A stretch of DNA of 63,633 nt, the filler included, from Globobulimina sp. (lineage: Eukaryota): the NCBI GenBank assembly GCA_003354225.1. It is 22 parts of 22 records of this genome, joined end to end, with 100 filler letters (N's around TTAATTAATTAA, not from the genome) between each part and the next. Parts side by side here need not be neighbours in the genome. Positions count along the whole stretch, not along the records: positions 60,841 to 63,633 come from PIVH01004862.1; 21 more parts are not named here. The stretch is one strand, 5' to 3'. The position numbers and the translations under genes were made by a program. Shown here piece after piece: positions 61,107 to 63,633 of this stretch; the stretch's first letter is position 1, and every line of letters begins with the position of its first letter. Below the pieces are notes generated by a model. That model did not search any database and was not told where the DNA came from. It was given only the letters and a program-made list of their open reading frames with translations.

Positions 61107-62210
61107 TCAGAAATCTGTCTGTCGTTTTTTGAAACGATCCACCTCTTCCGCGCTCAACCACCGTCTGTAGTTTGGGGAGTATCCGCGAAACGTGACCAGA
61201 TATTCTGCCTCTTCCGTATCCGAGTGTCGACGATCGATTATACGATCAATTACACGCCAGTTTTTATGATCGGGTTCTGCTAAGATCATATGGGTTTCAT
61301 TGAAATATCCTTCGATCCGATCTCCTCCACTATCTTCGACTATATAGGTGGGTGGGAATGTGTCTCTTATTTTTGCCACCCGAAAAACCTCCGCACTAAA
61401 CCCTGGGAGGGAAAGCTTCAGAAATTGATTTTTCTCCGGAATGGCCACTCATACAAAATCACCGATGGAAAATTTTGAACGTTTAATATTTTCCTTTTCT
61501 TCCAGATAATGGCCAAATTTCTTGAAGAATACCTTCGCCGCATTCTCGGGGTGGCTAGCTTCCAAAGGAGAAAGTCCGATTCGATGCACCGGTGTCATAT
61601 TTATACTATGCAATAATGTTGGCAGAATAGCCCCAATGTCTACAGTTTTGCCTTTATAAGTAGCAAAACGATTAAGTTTCGCACGAATGCTTTTGATAGC
61701 TTGTTCCGCCAAGAAAGCCTTTTGACCTCGGGCATGGGCTACTCGATGCTTGATTGGGAGTGTATGAAAAAGAGCGAATTCGTTGCCTTTATCTACAAAA
61801 GTTGTGCTAGGAAATCTAGAATTTGCTTGATTCTTCACCATTTCCTTGAAATTCTTCAGCGTTGTCAAACTTTTCAGATTTCGTTGGCTTTTGGCATAGG
61901 TATAGCCAGAGAAGTTGTCTTTGCATACGAGTAAATAGGGAAATTTGGAATGACGAAACACACCAGTGTCGCAGGACCAGTTTATTCCATGGCCGGTAGT
62001 GACAAATCGACCATAGCTCAATGCCGACCCCCTCGGTTTCCTTATTCTTCTGTGACGTAAATACACGTGTTGTCTGAGCAGAAAGTCTTTCACTTGTTTC
62101 CTATTTACCAAAGGGTTAACCTTTTTCGCAGCTTTATACAAGGAATCGATTCCTGAGAAGGAGGCTGGCTTTTCCAAATTGTAATAGAGGCCAGTTAGCA
62201 ACTTATCCAT
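61107..62210 (-). mobile_element. Maverick/Polinton (adintovirus)-type rve integrase with C-terminal chromodomain; one in-frame TGA at 61449-61451
   Basis: LYYNLEKPASFSGIDSLY...VKDFLLRQHVYLRHR N-terminus; DDE triad WSCD / FVDKGNEF / KAFLAE; KFSIGDFV; FSAEVFRV...PPTYIVEDSGGDRIEGYF; chromodomain VIDRIIDRR...YLVTFRGYSPNYRRW. Confidence 0.9.
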
Positions 62211-62694
62211 TGTTAGAAATATTTACTGATGAAGAAATGGCCCCCACCGCTCGATCAAGGAGGATGTTGAAATTATCAGCCAAAAAGAAAAAAATGAGGT
62301 CACGTTCGGAAAGTCCGTTCCACTACATACACCTGTTGATCGGTCTGCCGGCGATCGAGCCCCTTTATCAAGTCAGACTATTCAAAAACTCTAGCCCCTT
62401 GCTCTCTATACTGTTGATTAAGTAGGCTACTTATTAATAACAATAGAAAAATATCATTTATTTAGACTTTTGAAGAAATTTCTCACCGAGCCCGCTCAGT
62501 TGCAAAACAAACCGAAGTTGACAAAGTTGAAAAATTCTTGACAAGCTCATCCCTATTTCGACAAAATCAAAGACGATAAAATTTCTTGAGAGAAACAAGC
62601 ACCTCCCCAATCTGTTGGCCGACTGTCTCAGAGACATTCACAACGTAGAAGCTTTAATCGATACGGTCAGTGATATAATAAAGACAGAGAAACA

Positions 62695-63015
62695 ATGAAG
62701 AAGAAGAAGACTAATATGAACGGATATTATTTAGCATGTAGATTGATGTTTATTTTATTGTCTGAGAATTATCCTGCAGGTTTTCCCAGTTTATGCACAG
62801 ATTTTGGACAATATTGGGATTTAATGACTGATCAGGATAGGTTTTTGCTTAAAAAATTAGCTAATAGGTTTAAGAAATCAAATTTGTGGCGACTTGAGAA
62901 AAAACGCCGAGTACATTCGGAAAGTTCCTTGTTTATCGACAATGTGTTTAAGTCGGAATATGAGCGTGATTATTTCTATAATATTTTGAAACCTGCTTTT
63001 GATAGTTTGAAATAA
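62695..63015 (+). CDS. Hypothetical protein in putative Polinton-like element
   Basis: 106-aa intronless ORF, tightly packed and convergent with the next ORF. Confidence 0.5.
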   Translation: MKKKKTNMNGYYLACRLMFILLSENYPAGFPSLCTDFGQYWDLMTDQDRFLLKKLANRFKKSNLWRLEKKRRVHSESSLFIDNVFKSEYERDYFYNILKPAFDSLK

Positions 63016-63035
63016 ATAATAATATGTGCATATTT

Positions 63036-63584
63036 TTATTCGTTCATGACAAAAAATTTCATTTCATAAAAATCATTTACATCTATCACCTGCCCCCTAA
63101 TACCGACCTCAATATTTGTATCATTTTTTACAAAGACCAAGTCCGGTAGATAGTAAAATTTAAAACTTTCGCTATAGTCCAAAGACAGCAAATAATCTAT
63201 GATATTGGCGATATCTTCAATCTGGTCTTTATTCCATCGTACAGGGGGTATATGGGAGGCCTTCGGAAACTCTATTTTGACACGATCGGGATCATTTTCG
63301 CATACACTCGCAAAAATGCTACTCAATTTGGTCGATCTACACCGGAAGTCATTCTTACCATCTTTATGATTCTTCAGCAGACCGGTCCCTCCAAGTACGG
63401 TAGTGAGGAGTGTGAGAAAAATCAGACTAATCATTAATGAATCTCTGATCCTTTTCTTTGTACTTTTTTTCTCCAATAGACCTATATTAGGACTTTTGTA
63501 ATCTTCATCTTCTTCTTTTTCTTCCATTATCGGACTTAGTCTCCCATGGTGACGTGTTAATGACGTCATTTCCACCGTCATCAT
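63036..63584 (-). CDS. Hypothetical single-TM protein in putative Polinton-like element
   Basis: 182-aa ORF with TM segment LMISLIFLTLLTTVLGG after a basic cluster. Confidence 0.55.
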   Translation of the reverse strand: MMTVEMTSLTRHHGRLSPIMEEKEEDEDYKSPNIGLLEKKSTKKRIRDSLMISLIFLTLLTTVLGGTGLLKNHKDGKNDFRCRSTKLSSIFASVCENDPDRVKIEFPKASHIPPVRWNKDQIEDIANIIDYLLSLDYSESFKFYYLPDLVFVKNDTNIEVGIRGQVIDVNDFYEMKFFVMNE

Positions 63585-63633
63585 TCAAAACTGGTCTATA
63601 CAGCAAAAGTAGACACGTCCGGACACGACCGTC

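Noticed and set aside
1-63633. Operon-like or cross-contig gene clusters (e.g. RT at 34050 with the zinc finger at 34788; CTH with the integrase)
   Set aside because: The partners lie on different length-sorted contigs, so their adjacency is arbitrary.

Overview
This window is not a contiguous locus. It is 22 unrelated contigs of 2,800 down to 2,793 bp, sorted by length and joined by artificial 100-bp spacers (N44-TTAATTAATTAA-N44), so gene neighbourhood means something only within a contig. Most contigs are AT-rich eukaryotic genomic DNA in the standard code, with short (about 50-150 nt) GT-AG introns, compact gene spacing and many pseudogene fragments. The gene families and a recurrent LxxG(Y/F)xR...IPxxIxxLxxx(F/Y) motif fit a foraminiferan or other rhizarian protist best (inference). 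Several inversion or deletion junctions suggest MDA-amplified single-cell DNA. Recognisable genes are: PPR-Smr-like protein, mucin-like membrane protein, EF-hand/TRP-like channel, FPP synthase fragment, Pumilio protein, calmodulin-like protein, OFA-type MFS transporter, RING E3 ligase, NUDT15-like hydrolase, two RCC1-like paralogs, REEP/HVA22, PDI-like protein, CAP-mucin-PLAT protein, Kelch protein, SAM-FN3-SPRY protein, RecQ, F-box protein, CARMIL-like LRR protein, M13 peptidase, NIF phosphatase, a divergent actin, Shewanella-like phosphatase, AMPK-beta with a truncated tandem copy, a Rab-LRR fusion and cystathionine gamma-lyase. There are also LINE remnants and a Maverick/Polinton-type integrase contig. 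The best leads are: (1) a small mobile helical motif grafted onto at least five unrelated proteins, including inside actin, possibly a lineage-specific E3-ligase adaptor box; (2) a stand-alone AMPK-beta glycogen-binding module that appears to be under purifying selection; (3) a cystathionine gamma-lyase with active-site changes suggesting altered chemistry, possibly H2S production; (4) an endogenous Polinton-like element. All calls come from motif recognition by eye; no searches were run.
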